Translations under genes and position numbers: made by a program
Assembly (NCBI GenBank): GCA_001464585.1
Contig: LNFF01000031.1
Coordinates: forward strand, 1,094-65,093
Direction of reading: 5' to 3'
Source: Gammaproteobacteria bacterium Ga0077554
Lineage (GTDB): Bacteria; Pseudomonadota; Gammaproteobacteria; Ga0077554; Ga007554
DNA: 64,000 nt
In this document: in pieces, positions 36,406-45,892 of the stretch
How the letters are laid out: each line of letters begins with the position of its first letter
Position numbering within the stretch: the stretch's first letter is position 1
The notes under the pieces: model-generated
Database searches by the model: none
What the model was told of the DNA's origin: nothing
What the model saw: the letters and a program-made list of their open reading frames with translations, nothing else

Positions 36406-38232
36406 ATGCATACGCAACCTACCGAAAATACTACAACACCCCGCAGGGACTGGCAAACCATTGGCATTTTAATGCCGTATTTATGGGAATACCGGTTGCG
36501 CGTGATTGTAGCGATGGGTTTTCTGGTATTAGCCAAGCTGGCGGGCGTTACCGTGCCGCTGGTATTAAAAGAAGTGGTTGATGCGCTCGATAGCACACAT
36601 AACGCGGCGGTAATTTTACCGTTAGCGTTGCTGATTGGCTACGGTGCATTGCGCCTGGCCAGCACGCTGTTTAACGAGTTGCGTGATCTGGTGTTTGCCA
36701 AGGTGGCGCAACGCGCCATTCGCAACATTGCCCTCAAGGTATTTCGCCATTTGCATTCCTTGGCGTTACGCTTTCATCTGGAGCGTCAAACTGGCGGCAT
36801 GTCGCGCGACATCGAACGCGGTACACGCGGCATGAGCTTTTTATTGTCCTTCATGCTCTTCAACATTTTGCCGACTCTTCTTGAAATTGCCCTGGTAGCG
36901 ATTATTTTATTTGTTACCTATAACGCCTGGTTTGCCATTATCACCACGGTCACCATTGTGGTTTATATTGTTTATAGTCTGGTAGTAACCGAGCAGCGCA
37001 TGGCGGTGCGCCGTGTCATGAATGACATGGATTCAAAAGCGAACACGCGCGCCATTGATAGCCTGATCAATTATGAAACGGTAAAATATTTTAATAATGA
37101 AGACTATGAAGCGCGTCGTTACGATGAACACATGGCGACCTGGGAGCAGGCAGCACTCAAAAACCAGGGGTCGCTCTCGGTACTGAATTTTGGACAGGGC
37201 GCGATTATTGCTGTGGGCGTAACGCTGTTGATGATTCTGGCCGGGCAAGGGGTCGTAGATGGCAGCATGACCATGGGTGATCTGGTGCTGGTGAACGCTT
37301 ATCTGTTACAGCTTTTCATCCCGCTTAATTTTCTGGGATTTGTCTACCGCGAAATTAAACACTCGCTCACAGACATGGAAAAAATGTTCAGCCTGCTGGA
37401 CAAACCGCAAGATATTAAAGACCGGCCTGGCGCTCCTCCACTTGATGTGGGCGAAGGAGCCGTACGTTTTGAGCATGTTGATTTCGGCTATCAGGCAGAA
37501 CGGCAGATTCTGTTTGATCTTGATTTTGAAATCCCCCCCGGCAAAAAAGTCGCCATCGTAGGCTCCAGCGGCGCTGGAAAATCAACATTATCACGCCTGT
37601 TATTCCGCTTTTATGATGTGGACGGCGGACGCATTCTCATTAATGGGCAGGATATCCGTGAAGTCAGCCAGCAAAGCGTGCGCGCCGCCATTGGCATCGT
37701 GCCACAAGACACCGTGTTATTTAACGACACCATTTATTATAATATCGCCTACGCCAAACCGGATGCCAGCCGGGAAGAAGTAATCCGGGCGGCAATCATG
37801 GCACACATCCATACCTTCATTGAATCAATTCCGCAAGGCTATGAAACCCTGGTGGGCGAACGCGGGCTGAAACTTTCAGGCGGCGAAAAACAACGCATTG
37901 CCATTGCACGCACCATCCTCAAAAATCCACGCATTCTGATTTTTGATGAAGCAACGTCGGCACTTGACTCTCATTCAGAACAGGCGATTCTGTCTGCGCT
38001 TGCGGAAGTTGCTGCCAACCACACCACACTGGTGATTGCGCACCGCTTATCAACGATTGTCGACGCCGACCAGATTCTGGTGATGGAACATGGACATGTG
38101 GTGGAGCGCGGCACGCACAGCGCATTACTGCAACAGGGCACACTCTACGCACGCATGTGGGCTTTGCAGCAGCAGGAGCGCGGCAAAGAGATTGCGCCCG
38201 ACCCTGACGCGCCAGGTTTAATTGCAAACTAA
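36406..38232 (+). CDS. ABC exporter, fused permease and ATPase (Atm1/ABCB-like)
   Basis: It has a six-TM domain, Walker A (GSSGAGKST), the signature LSGGEKQR and Walker B (ILIFDEATSALD). Confidence 0.88.
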   Translation: MHTQPTENTTTPRRDWQTIGILMPYLWEYRLRVIVAMGFLVLAKLAGVTVPLVLKEVVDALDSTHNAAVILPLALLIGYGALRLASTLFNELRDLVFAKVAQRAIRNIALKVFRHLHSLALRFHLERQTGGMSRDIERGTRGMSFLLSFMLFNILPTLLEIALVAIILFVTYNAWFAIITTVTIVVYIVYSLVVTEQRMAVRRVMNDMDSKANTRAIDSLINYETVKYFNNEDYEARRYDEHMATWEQAALKNQGSLSVLNFGQGAIIAVGVTLLMILAGQGVVDGSMTMGDLVLVNAYLLQLFIPLNFLGFVYREIKHSLTDMEKMFSLLDKPQDIKDRPGAPPLDVGEGAVRFEHVDFGYQAERQILFDLDFEIPPGKKVAIVGSSGAGKSTLSRLLFRFYDVDGGRILINGQDIREVSQQSVRAAIGIVPQDTVLFNDTIYYNIAYAKPDASREEVIRAAIMAHIHTFIESIPQGYETLVGERGLKLSGGEKQRIAIARTILKNPRILIFDEATSALDSHSEQAILSALAEVAANHTTLVIAHRLSTIVDADQILVMEHGHVVERGTHSALLQQGTLYARMWALQQQERGKEIAPDPDAPGLIAN

Positions 38233-38252
38233 TCGCGGCTACCAGGGAAGCA

Positions 38253-39137
38253 TTACGCTTTTTTCAATCGATAAACCAAACCGCCCTGATAACGCACGGT
38301 TTCAAAAAAATCCACATACCCTGACACTGATTCAGAGGCTCCTAGGCACAAATAGCCACCGGGCTCTAACACTTGGGAAAAGCGCGCAAGAATCTCCCGT
38401 TTCAATTCAGCAGAAAAATAAATCAGTACATTACGGCAAAAAATCACATCAAACTTTCCCAGCGCAAGATAATCTTTTTTCATCAGGTTCATTTCTGCAA
38501 AAGTAATGCGCTTGCGTATTTCAGGTTTAACTTGCCATGCCTTGGCTTTAACATCACCGGCCTTAGCCTGGACATCAAAAAAACGCTTCTTGCGCTCATC
38601 GGACAAACCACGCGCCAGAGCCATGGCATCATATACCCCTTCCCTGGCATTCTTAAGTACAGAGGGTGAAATATCAGTGGCAGTAATCTGTGCGTCATGC
38701 GACAAACTTCCCGGTTTGGCTTGCAGATATTCCTGAATTATCATGCTCATTGAATACGGCTCTTGCCCTGATGAACACGCTGCCGACCAGATACGCACCG
38801 GGCGAGCGCGTAAGCCAGATAATTCTGGCAAGATATGTGATTTAAGTATTTCAAAAGGAGAATGATCACGAAACCACAACGTCTCATTGGTGGTCATGGC
38901 ATCGATAATGCGCTCACGCAAGCCGGGCTTCATGTCGCATTTAACACATTCTATCAGCTCCCCAATGGAACCTAGTCCCATTTCGGAGACTAAACCACCC
39001 AGGCGACTATTGACCAGATATTGCTTGTTGTCACCCAGTGCGATGCCGCTCGCGGCCTCGAGAAATTCACGAAACTCCTGATATTCCCTGGAAGTAATAG
39101 ATTGATTTACCACATATGTCACCGAATTTTTCCGCAA
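38253..39137 (-). CDS. cheR: Chemotaxis protein methyltransferase CheR
   Basis: It has an N-terminal helical domain (EYQEFREFLEAASGIAL), then TNETLWFRD, the SAM-binding IWSAACSSGQEPYS and FCRNVLIYF. The start codon is uncertain (TTG 39137 or a downstream GTG). Confidence 0.9.
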   Translation of the reverse strand: MRKNSVTYVVNQSITSREYQEFREFLEAASGIALGDNKQYLVNSRLGGLVSEMGLGSIGELIECVKCDMKPGLRERIIDAMTTNETLWFRDHSPFEILKSHILPELSGLRARPVRIWSAACSSGQEPYSMSMIIQEYLQAKPGSLSHDAQITATDISPSVLKNAREGVYDAMALARGLSDERKKRFFDVQAKAGDVKAKAWQVKPEIRKRITFAEMNLMKKDYLALGKFDVIFCRNVLIYFSAELKREILARFSQVLEPGGYLCLGASESVSGYVDFFETVRYQGGLVYRLKKA

Positions 39138-39314
39138 ATACAGACGACCGCCACGTATGGCGGAAGGTAGAGCAACGCAGGAGCAGTTTCCGGATGTGAA
39201 AAAACTGCTGATATTCCGACAGCCCTATCACTGACTACTGCGCGACTTTAATTAAAGGGCACCTCTATAAATTCGATCAAGCCACGATGACGGCGAAACT
39301 TACAATCACCGCTT

Positions 39315-40229
39315 TCAGGTCAAACGCTTTAACACTGCCATTGCCAAATCATCCGCGCTGAACTTCGCAATGAATTGATTAGCGCCAACGCGTTTCACCA
39401 TCGCGTCATTAAATACCCCGCTTAGTGAAGAGTGCAGCAAAACGTAAATATCTTTCAGATGCTCATCTTTTCTGATTTCAGCAGTCAGCGTATAACCATC
39501 CATCTCTGGCATTTCAATATCAGAGATTACCATGTTCAGGCGCTGCAATAACGGGTCTTGATTTGCAACCCAGGCTTTAAGTATCTCAAGCGCCTCTTTG
39601 CCATCCATAGCCAGCGTATATGAAATGTTGATTTGTTCAAGCGTACGTTTTATTTGATTACGCGCCACACTGGAATCATCAACTACCAGAATATGGGGTT
39701 GCATGGTAGTTTTCCGTGCCATATCAACCACGCTACTGGATACATCCAACGCGCAATGGATAACCTCTGAAAAAACCTTTTCCACATCCAGAATCCCAAT
39801 CATCTGGTCGCCGACCTGCGTTACCGCAGTCAAATAATTATCATGCCCCGCGCCCTTGGGGGGCGGCCAGACCGATTCCCATTTCATGTTAATAATCTGC
39901 TCTATACCTTTGACCAATAAGCCTTGCACAGAGCGATTATATTCAGTCACGATCACAAAACAACCGCTGGTATCACCCAGCGACCGGCCACCAATGGCCA
40001 GGGATAAATCAATAACCGGCAAAGTTTTGCCGCGAATACTTGCCACACCGCACACTGACGAGTGAGATTTAGGTAAATGTGTCAAGGGTGGGCATTGCAT
40101 CACTTCACGCACCTTAAATACATTAATCCCGAAAATCTGGCTGCCACACAAGCGAAACAACAGCAATTCAAGGCGATTCTGCCCCACCATCCGGGTGCGC
40201 TTATCAACATCTTCCAAAACACTCGACAT
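39315..40229 (-). CDS. cheV: Chemotaxis coupling protein CheV (CheW domain plus receiver)
   Basis: A CheW-like N-domain (LLLFRLCGSQIFGINVFKVREV) is fused to a REC domain (ILVVDDSSVARN...VISDIEMPEMDG). Confidence 0.9.
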   Translation of the reverse strand: MSSVLEDVDKRTRMVGQNRLELLLFRLCGSQIFGINVFKVREVMQCPPLTHLPKSHSSVCGVASIRGKTLPVIDLSLAIGGRSLGDTSGCFVIVTEYNRSVQGLLVKGIEQIINMKWESVWPPPKGAGHDNYLTAVTQVGDQMIGILDVEKVFSEVIHCALDVSSSVVDMARKTTMQPHILVVDDSSVARNQIKRTLEQINISYTLAMDGKEALEILKAWVANQDPLLQRLNMVISDIEMPEMDGYTLTAEIRKDEHLKDIYVLLHSSLSGVFNDAMVKRVGANQFIAKFSADDLAMAVLKRLT

Positions 40230-40262
40230 GGTTCTCTCCGTGCGCGTACTTGCTTCTATAGA

Positions 40263-40289
40263 TTATCGGCAAGTGGGGATGATTCTTAA
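40263..40289 (-). promoter_or_regulatory. Sigma-28 (FliA) promoter of cheV
   Basis: The minus strand reads TTAAG-aatcatccccactt-GCCGATAA, a near-perfect match to TAAA-N15-GCCGATAA, about 35 nt upstream of the cheV ATG. Confidence 0.7.
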
Positions 40290-40341
40290 CCGCGATATTC
40301 TTGCCGGAAAATATGGCTCGGTAATTGCATGAATCAAACTC

Positions 40342-41040
40342 ATGACATGCGCTCTAAAATCAGGATTGCTCTTATTGCTGGTGACGATCTCGCTCCCCTC
40401 TGTCCATGCCGAGACTTACCAGCCTTTATCGTCCATTCACGATGCCGCCAAAGCTTTCGTCCTGCAGCACGCCCGTGGCGGGCGCGTGGAAGTGGATACG
40501 GGCACGGTTGATCCCCGCCTGAAGCTTCCCCTCTGCACGGATACCTTACAGGCGTTTTTGCCGCCGGGGGGGCGCGTCGGGAGCATCAGCAGTGTCGGCA
40601 TCCGCTGTCAAAAACCCAAGCCCTGGTCCCTTTACGTCCCGATGCGCGTCAAAATTTTTACGCACGTAATCACTGCCAGCCATCCCCTGTTACCGGGTAG
40701 CCGCATCAGCCTTGGCGATTTTCAAACAATCGAGATGGATGTTGCCAACCTGCCGACAGGATACCTCAGCACATCAGAACAGGTGCTCAACAAAGTCCTG
40801 AAGCGCCCTCTGGGCATGGGCGCCGTTTTTAGCCCGGAGGTCGTTGGCGCCGCCCCATTGATACGTCGCGGCGAACAGGTGATTCTGCTGGCAGAAACAC
40901 AGGGAATGCAAATACGCGCTTCCGGAAAGGCGCTCAAGGACGGCGCGGAAGGCGCGGTAATTCAGGTACGCAATTTATCATCGCAACGGATTATTGAAGG
41001 CGTTGTAACCTCTGCGGGGATTGTTAAAATTATCATGTAG
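40342..41040 (+). CDS. flgA: Flagellar basal-body P-ring formation chaperone FlgA
   Basis: It has a signal peptide and a SAF-domain C-terminus (…GEQVILLAETQGMQIRASGKALKDGAEGAVIQVRNLSSQRIIEG). It is divergent from cheV and upstream of flgM. Confidence 0.85.
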   Translation: MTCALKSGLLLLLVTISLPSVHAETYQPLSSIHDAAKAFVLQHARGGRVEVDTGTVDPRLKLPLCTDTLQAFLPPGGRVGSISSVGIRCQKPKPWSLYVPMRVKIFTHVITASHPLLPGSRISLGDFQTIEMDVANLPTGYLSTSEQVLNKVLKRPLGMGAVFSPEVVGAAPLIRRGEQVILLAETQGMQIRASGKALKDGAEGAVIQVRNLSSQRIIEGVVTSAGIVKIIM

Positions 41041-41090
41041 ATGCACAAACTTAACCGCCATGAACTATTGCTAACAGGGATTTTTAGGTT

Positions 41091-41117
41091 TAAAGTTATT
41101 GGGCGATTTGCCGCTAA
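41091..41117 (+). promoter_or_regulatory. Sigma-28 (FliA) promoter of flgM-flgN
   Basis: TAAAG-ttattgggcgattt-GCCGCTAA matches the -10 element at 7 of 8 positions and lies 30 nt upstream of the flgM ATG. Confidence 0.6.
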
Positions 41118-41146
41118 CTTTATAACCGATTCATAGAGGTATCACC

Positions 41147-41464
41147 ATGCCCATTGAAATTTCTGGTAAACCTGTTTCGAATATCCGCGTCATGGATAGC
41201 AGCGCCGCGTCATCCATTGCCAAGTCAGCCACTCTCGCTCGGCAAGACGTTGCCCGGCCTGTCGCAGATACCGTTAACCTGACGGATACTGCCGCTTACC
41301 TGCGCAAGCTGGAAAGCTCGTTGTCGTCATTACCAGTAGTGGACGCACAACGCACTGAAAGCATCAAAAAAGCCCTCGCTGATGGCCGCTTCATCATTGA
41401 CCCCGTGCGCGTGGCAGATAAGTTATTGCGTTTTGAAAGCATGCTTTATCATAACGCCGCGTAA
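41147..41464 (+). CDS. flgM: Anti-sigma-28 factor FlgM
   Basis: The 105-aa ORF has the C-terminal motif ...RTESIKKALADGRFIIDPVRVADKLL. Confidence 0.88.
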   Translation: MPIEISGKPVSNIRVMDSSAASSIAKSATLARQDVARPVADTVNLTDTAAYLRKLESSLSSLPVVDAQRTESIKKALADGRFIIDPVRVADKLLRFESMLYHNAA

Positions 41465-41494
41465 CCTGGGCGCGCGCTCAATAAAAAGGTACAC

Positions 41495-41974
41495 ATGAAT
41501 TTGACGCCCCTTACCACACACTTGCGGCAAGAAATTTCCATGGCCTCCGTCTTGCTCGACGCGCTCGAGCAAGAACAAACCGTGTTGCTGGGCAAAAGCG
41601 CATCTGCGATTGAGCATGCGCTTGCCAATAAACAGCAATCCATGACTGATCTTGAGAAAACCAGCCAACAGCGTGAGGCGTATTTACGCCAAAATAATTA
41701 TCCTGCCAATCATGCAGGCATGCTTGCATGCATTCATGATCATGACCCCCAAGGCCACTATCAGCTTGATGCATTATGGCAGCAACTCAATACACTCGGC
41801 ACACAGTGCTTGCAGCAAAACCAACTCAACGGCAGCATCATTGCGACGCGACGCTTATCGGTTCAGGCTGCGCTAGGTATCTTGCGCGGCTCAGAACCAG
41901 GGCACCTCCCCTGCTATACATCTACCGGACAAGGCCAAATAAAACCTGATTCACATTCTCTTGGTCAGGCATAA
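41495..41974 (+). CDS. flgN: Flagellar export chaperone FlgN
   Basis: The 159-aa helical protein (…LLDALEQEQTVLL…) lies immediately after flgM. Confidence 0.75.
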   Translation: MNLTPLTTHLRQEISMASVLLDALEQEQTVLLGKSASAIEHALANKQQSMTDLEKTSQQREAYLRQNNYPANHAGMLACIHDHDPQGHYQLDALWQQLNTLGTQCLQQNQLNGSIIATRRLSVQAALGILRGSEPGHLPCYTSTGQGQIKPDSHSLGQA

Positions 41975-41985
41975 GTCTGCCAGGA

Positions 41986-42189
41986 GTCAAACATGGATAA
42001 CTTGAACAATTGGCCGCTTGGCGGTTCCTACGCTTCCTTGCGCTCACCGCACTTGGGCATCCTGCCCGGCGTAGGCGAGATGCCATGCGAGGCGTCGAAT
42101 GCGCGGTGTGGCAAGCCACATAAGCATTCGACAATGACGCAGGGCGCTCGCATGCAAGATGGACAATGGTCAAGTTATCCATGTTTGAC
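41986..42189. repeat. 204-bp MITE-like element with 19-bp perfect terminal inverted repeats
   Basis: gtcaaacatggataacttg (41986-42004) pairs with caagttatccatgtttgac (42171-42189). The interior folds into long hairpins (cctacgc...gcgtagg; catgcgag...ctcgcatg; tcgaatgc...gcattcga) and contains the 38-nt core repeat at 42033-42071. Confidence 0.75.
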
Positions 42190-42206
42190 GACTTAGATTG
42201 TCCCCC

Positions 42207-42941
42207 ATGGACAAAATCACAAACACCGCGCAAATCATCGGGATTTTAAAAAAAATCCATAAACGCCGGGCAACGCTCAACATCAGCGTAGCCGGCGCGC
42301 CCCCAGGCCCAGAAAAACCTTACAGCAGCGCCATTCTCGAAATTAAATCCGACGGCACACGCGGGCACATCATCATTGATGAACTCACCCCCAAAGAGGG
42401 CCACGATTTACTCTTAAAAACCGGAAAATTGAAAGCACGCCTGCAATTGGACGGTATAAAAATATCTTTTGCCACGACACTTGAATCCAGCGGCAACGAT
42501 GCCGGTATTGCTTTTTACACCCTGGCACTCCCCCAGGAAATGGATTACATGGAGCAGCGCGCCCATCATCGCGTGCGCCCCAGCCTTGCCAAACCACTCA
42601 CAGTGGATCTGACGCATGCCCTTATCGATAACGGCGAGACGGTATTTCATGGAGAAGTTTATGATCTGTCTGCAGGCGGGCTCTCCATAAAGCTTAAAAG
42701 CGACCCCCTGACCACCACGCTAAAACCTACCGACATCCTCACCGGTTCATTTACTCTACCGCCCAAAGAAGAAATCATCTGCAAACTGGAAGTACGCTCC
42801 ATTCATGCAGCCAATCAACAAAATCTCATACGGATTGGGGTACGCTTCAACAATCTGCCCAGCATCGTGCAGAAACTTATTCAGCGTTACATCATCACCC
42901 TCGAAAGGGAGCAGATCAAGAAAATGCCGCACGGCACGTAG
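42207..42941 (+). CDS. PilZ-domain c-di-GMP receptor, YcgR-like flagellar brake
   Basis: It has a YcgR-type N-domain followed by PilZ motifs: QRAHHRV (RxxxR) and DLSAGGLSI (DxSxxG). It is adjacent to flagellar genes. Confidence 0.8.
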   Translation: MDKITNTAQIIGILKKIHKRRATLNISVAGAPPGPEKPYSSAILEIKSDGTRGHIIIDELTPKEGHDLLLKTGKLKARLQLDGIKISFATTLESSGNDAGIAFYTLALPQEMDYMEQRAHHRVRPSLAKPLTVDLTHALIDNGETVFHGEVYDLSAGGLSIKLKSDPLTTTLKPTDILTGSFTLPPKEEIICKLEVRSIHAANQQNLIRIGVRFNNLPSIVQKLIQRYIITLEREQIKKMPHGT

Positions 42942-43013
42942 CTGTTATGCTTTGCTCATGGTAGAATCGATATGCTTTTGCAAGGAAGGTTCAGCCGTTA
43001 AGTGCGGCTTTTT

Positions 43014-43089
<76 letters not shown>

Positions 43090-43183
43090 AACCCAAAAGA
43101 ATTTTGCGCTTCACACAGCACCCACTCTGTTTAGGCACTATTCTAATAAGTCTGCGGACCACGCCTTTACAGCGGCCGCTCCT

Positions 43184-43261
43184 GCGCCGGGCAGACCGCT
43201 TTCGGCATCCTGCCTCGTGCATCCCTGCACGGCGGATGCCCAAGTGCGGTAAGCGTAAGAA
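43184..43261 (+). repeat. Split copy of the 38-nt core repeat in the tRNA spacer
   Basis: gcgccgggcag (43184-43194) and ggatgcccaagtgcggtaagcgtaagaa (43234-43261) match the two halves of the core. They are separated by a 39-nt insert. Confidence 0.55.
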
Positions 43262-43298
43262 CCACCACACAGCCCGGAATCATCCCCATCATTAACCC

Positions 43299-43375
43299 GT
43301 CCCGGTAGCTCAGATGGATAGAGCATCCCCCTCCTAAGGGGAAGGTCAGCCGTTCGAATCGGCTTCGGGACACCA
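43299..43375 (+). tRNA. tRNA-Arg (anticodon CCU)
   Basis: The cloverleaf has acceptor gtcccgg/tcgggac, anticodon stem tcccc/gggga with loop ctCCTaa, a T-arm agccg-ttcgaat-cggct and an encoded CCA. Confidence 0.9.
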
Positions 43376-43405
43376 TACTCATGCCAAATCTATTGCACAG
43401 ACATT

Positions 43406-43433
43406 AAAAAAGGGGACTTTCGTCCCCTTTTTT
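43406..43433. terminator. Bidirectional intrinsic terminator (tRNA-Arg and pstS)
   Basis: aaaaaa-ggggac-tttc-gtcccc-tttttt. Confidence 0.85.
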
Positions 43434-43455
43434 AAGGTTGCCTTTATACTACAAC

Positions 43456-44460
43456 TTACAATTTGGCTTCACGCGCCAGCAAGTCTTCTACTTTCAAACC
43501 CACCTCGGCTTCACCACCAAACACAGTGCCCAGCTTACGGTTTTTTAAATGTTCCAGACCCAAGGTATAAGCCTTGGTTGGCAAGGGCACGTAGCTGACT
43601 TCTTTGACCAGCTTTGGGGCTTGCTTCAGATAAAATTCTACAAACTCCTTCACTTCTGGCTTATCCAAGGATTTGGCGCTGACATAAATGAAGATGGGGC
43701 GTGATAACGGTTGATAAGTACCGTCATTTACCGCCTGCTGCGAGGGCATGACCGGACCTTTGCCACCATCAATCGGTACTGCCTTTAATTTATTGGCGTT
43801 TTCAACATAATAAGCAAAACCAAAATAACCCAAAGAGTTCTTTTCGCCAACCACGCCTTTCACCAGTACGCTATCATCTTCGCTGGCAGTAAAATCCCCG
43901 CGGCTGGATTTGGATTTACCGGTGACGGCCTCGGTAAAGTAATCAAATGTACCGGAATCTGAACCCGCGCCAAACAACACTAAAGGCTTATCTGGCCATT
44001 CCGGGCGCACCTGTTTCCAGGTGGTGATGGTGCCTTGTGCAGCCGGCTCCCACATCTTCTTCAAATCTGCCATCGTCAAACTTTTTACCCAATCATTTTT
44101 GGGATTGATGACTACTGTCAAAGCGTCATAAGCGACCGGCAATTCGATATATTGAATTCCCGCTTCACGGCAGGCGTCCATTTCCTTTTTCACAATGGGG
44201 CGAGATGCATCCGCAACATCTATTTCACCTCGGCAGAATTTCTTGAAACCTCCACCCGTACCGGAGATGCCGACAGTCACATTCACGGCGCCTTTCTTGG
44301 CGGCCTGAAACTCTTCTGCCACCGCTTCGGTAATTGGGAATACCGTGCTGGAACCATCTACTTTAATGACAGCAGCGGCATTAGCCAAGGCGCTGACACT
44401 CAGCGCACCTATCATTAAAGCCACTGCACTTAAACCCTTTACTGTTTTGATTGCGCTCAT
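43456..44460 (-). CDS. pstS: Phosphate ABC transporter substrate-binding protein PstS
   Basis: It has a signal peptide (…ALANA|AAV) and the PBP fold motifs [20 protein letters not shown] and [12 protein letters not shown]. The start was moved to ATG 44460. A Pho box lies upstream. Confidence 0.88.
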   Translation of the reverse strand: MSAIKTVKGLSAVALMIGALSVSALANAAAVIKVDGSSTVFPITEAVAEEFQAAKKGAVNVTVGISGTGGGFKKFCRGEIDVADASRPIVKKEMDACREAGIQYIELPVAYDALTVVINPKNDWVKSLTMADLKKMWEPAAQGTITTWKQVRPEWPDKPLVLFGAGSDSGTFDYFTEAVTGKSKSSRGDFTASEDDSVLVKGVVGEKNSLGYFGFAYYVENANKLKAVPIDGGKGPVMPSQQAVNDGTYQPLSRPIFIYVSAKSLDKPEVKEFVEFYLKQAPKLVKEVSYVPLPTKAYTLGLEHLKNRKLGTVFGGEAEVGLKVEDLLAREAKL

Positions 44461-44522
44461 GTATGAACTTTCTCCCATAGTTAAAATGACAAACTTTGTA
44501 TTGTGTCTACTATCGCAGGGTA

Positions 44523-44552
44523 TTGTGACAATATTATGACAATGGCGTGACA
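44523..44552 (-). promoter_or_regulatory. Pho box (PhoB binding site) of the pstS promoter
   Basis: The minus strand reads GTCAC-gccat-TGTCAT-aatat-TGTCAC, with half-sites phased at 11 bp. It overlaps the last codons and the stop codon of phoR. Confidence 0.7.
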
Positions 44553-45889
44553 TGCTCAGCCTTTATTGAGTCAACGCGCACCGTTAACAGCAAAGGAAAA
44601 TCACATATAAAGGTACTGCCCTTGCCCAACTCACTTTCAATACGCAATTGTGCGTCATGGCGGTTAAGCACATGTTTGACGATCGCCAACCCTAAGCCCG
44701 TACCGCCGCTGTCGCGTGAACGTGCCGTATCTACCCGGTAAAAGCGTTCGGTAAGGCGCGGAATATGCTCTGCAGCAATACCCAGGCCAGTGTCTTGCAC
44801 CTCAAGATGCGCGCCACTTTCATCCGCATACCATCGCACATTAATTTCACCCTGGCTGGGGGTGTACTGCACGGCGTTAAATATTAAATTAGAAAAGGCG
44901 CTGCGTAATTCTGTGTTATTGCCGCACAAACACACCTTGGAGTCAGCCACAACAGAAAAAATATGGCGCGGCTCCCCATTCAGGGCGCCACTCAACGCCA
45001 CGGCCTCTTCACTGATCATGGCCAGCATGCCAGATACCGCAATAACTTCACGGCGATGCACGCCTTTATCCATTTCCAGGCGCGATAACAACAATAGTTC
45101 TTCCACCAGATGCTGCATGCGCGAAGCCTCTTGCCGCATTAAATGCACTGAACGTCCCCATTGCCGCGCCCATTGCTGTGGATAGCCGCTGTGTTCATCG
45201 GCCATGGTTTCAAGAAATCCGCTGATGACAGTCAGCGGGGTGCGCAGCTCGTGGGAAACATTAGCGACAAAATCACGGCGCACCTGGTCAAGCCGGTAAA
45301 TTGGGGTTACATCACGCGCTACCAACAGCAAATGCTCTTTGCCATAACGCACGAGGCGCACTGCGAGCATAACCTGTTCATTGATAGGTGAAGGAAATTG
45401 CACCGTACCTGAATAATCACCTGCCGCTAAAAATTCGGCAAATGCCGGATGCCGTACCAGATTGGCAATGCGCTGGCCTTTATCCTGGGGAAAACGCAAG
45501 CCAAACAACCCACCTGCGGCTTCATTCCACCATTCGATATCGCCCTGCCCACCCAACACCACTGTGGCGTCAGGCATAATGGCGGTGGCCTCCTGAAAGC
45601 GTTGCAACATACGGATAATACGGCGGCGGCGCAGGCGATTACGCTGTTGCAGGCGATAGACATTGTAAAAAACTTCACCCCATACACCCCATACTTCAGG
45701 AGGATGAAAGCGCTTGCCCGTTTCAAACCAGCGCTGGAAGCGCACCAGATTAAACACGTGCCATGCCAGATAAGCCAGGACACCTAACAATAAAAATAAC
45801 GCGACGTGCCCTGTGAGCAGACCAACAATCAACAATAACACTGCAAGGCCGACAACCCTGCGTATTTCACTTAGCACAGATTCGGACAA
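44534..45889 (-). CDS. phoR: Phosphate regulon sensor histidine kinase PhoR
   Basis: It has two N-terminal TM helices, a PAS domain, HisKA (FVANVSHELRTPLTVI) and HATPase motifs (NLIFNAVQYTP, DTGLGI, GGTGLGLAIVKH). It lies downstream of phoB. Confidence 0.92.
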   Translation of the reverse strand: MSESVLSEIRRVVGLAVLLLIVGLLTGHVALFLLLGVLAYLAWHVFNLVRFQRWFETGKRFHPPEVWGVWGEVFYNVYRLQQRNRLRRRRIIRMLQRFQEATAIMPDATVVLGGQGDIEWWNEAAGGLFGLRFPQDKGQRIANLVRHPAFAEFLAAGDYSGTVQFPSPINEQVMLAVRLVRYGKEHLLLVARDVTPIYRLDQVRRDFVANVSHELRTPLTVISGFLETMADEHSGYPQQWARQWGRSVHLMRQEASRMQHLVEELLLLSRLEMDKGVHRREVIAVSGMLAMISEEAVALSGALNGEPRHIFSVVADSKVCLCGNNTELRSAFSNLIFNAVQYTPSQGEINVRWYADESGAHLEVQDTGLGIAAEHIPRLTERFYRVDTARSRDSGGTGLGLAIVKHVLNRHDAQLRIESELGKGSTFICDFPLLLTVRVDSIKAEHVTPLS

Positions 45890-45892
45890 TGA

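Noticed and set aside
39138-39314. Sigma-28 promoter for cheR in the cheV-cheR spacer
   Set aside because: The best candidate (TAAAG-N16-GATAGGGC on the minus strand) matches the -10 GCCGATAA element poorly. cheR is more likely co-transcribed from the strong cheV promoter.
41922-42233. ORF 41922-42233(-) and the gspD N-terminus share RRAGCPSAVSA, a possible conserved protein motif
   Set aside because: The match comes from the 38-nt DNA core repeat, which is present in opposite orientations. The minus-strand ORF spans a MITE and has no coding signal.
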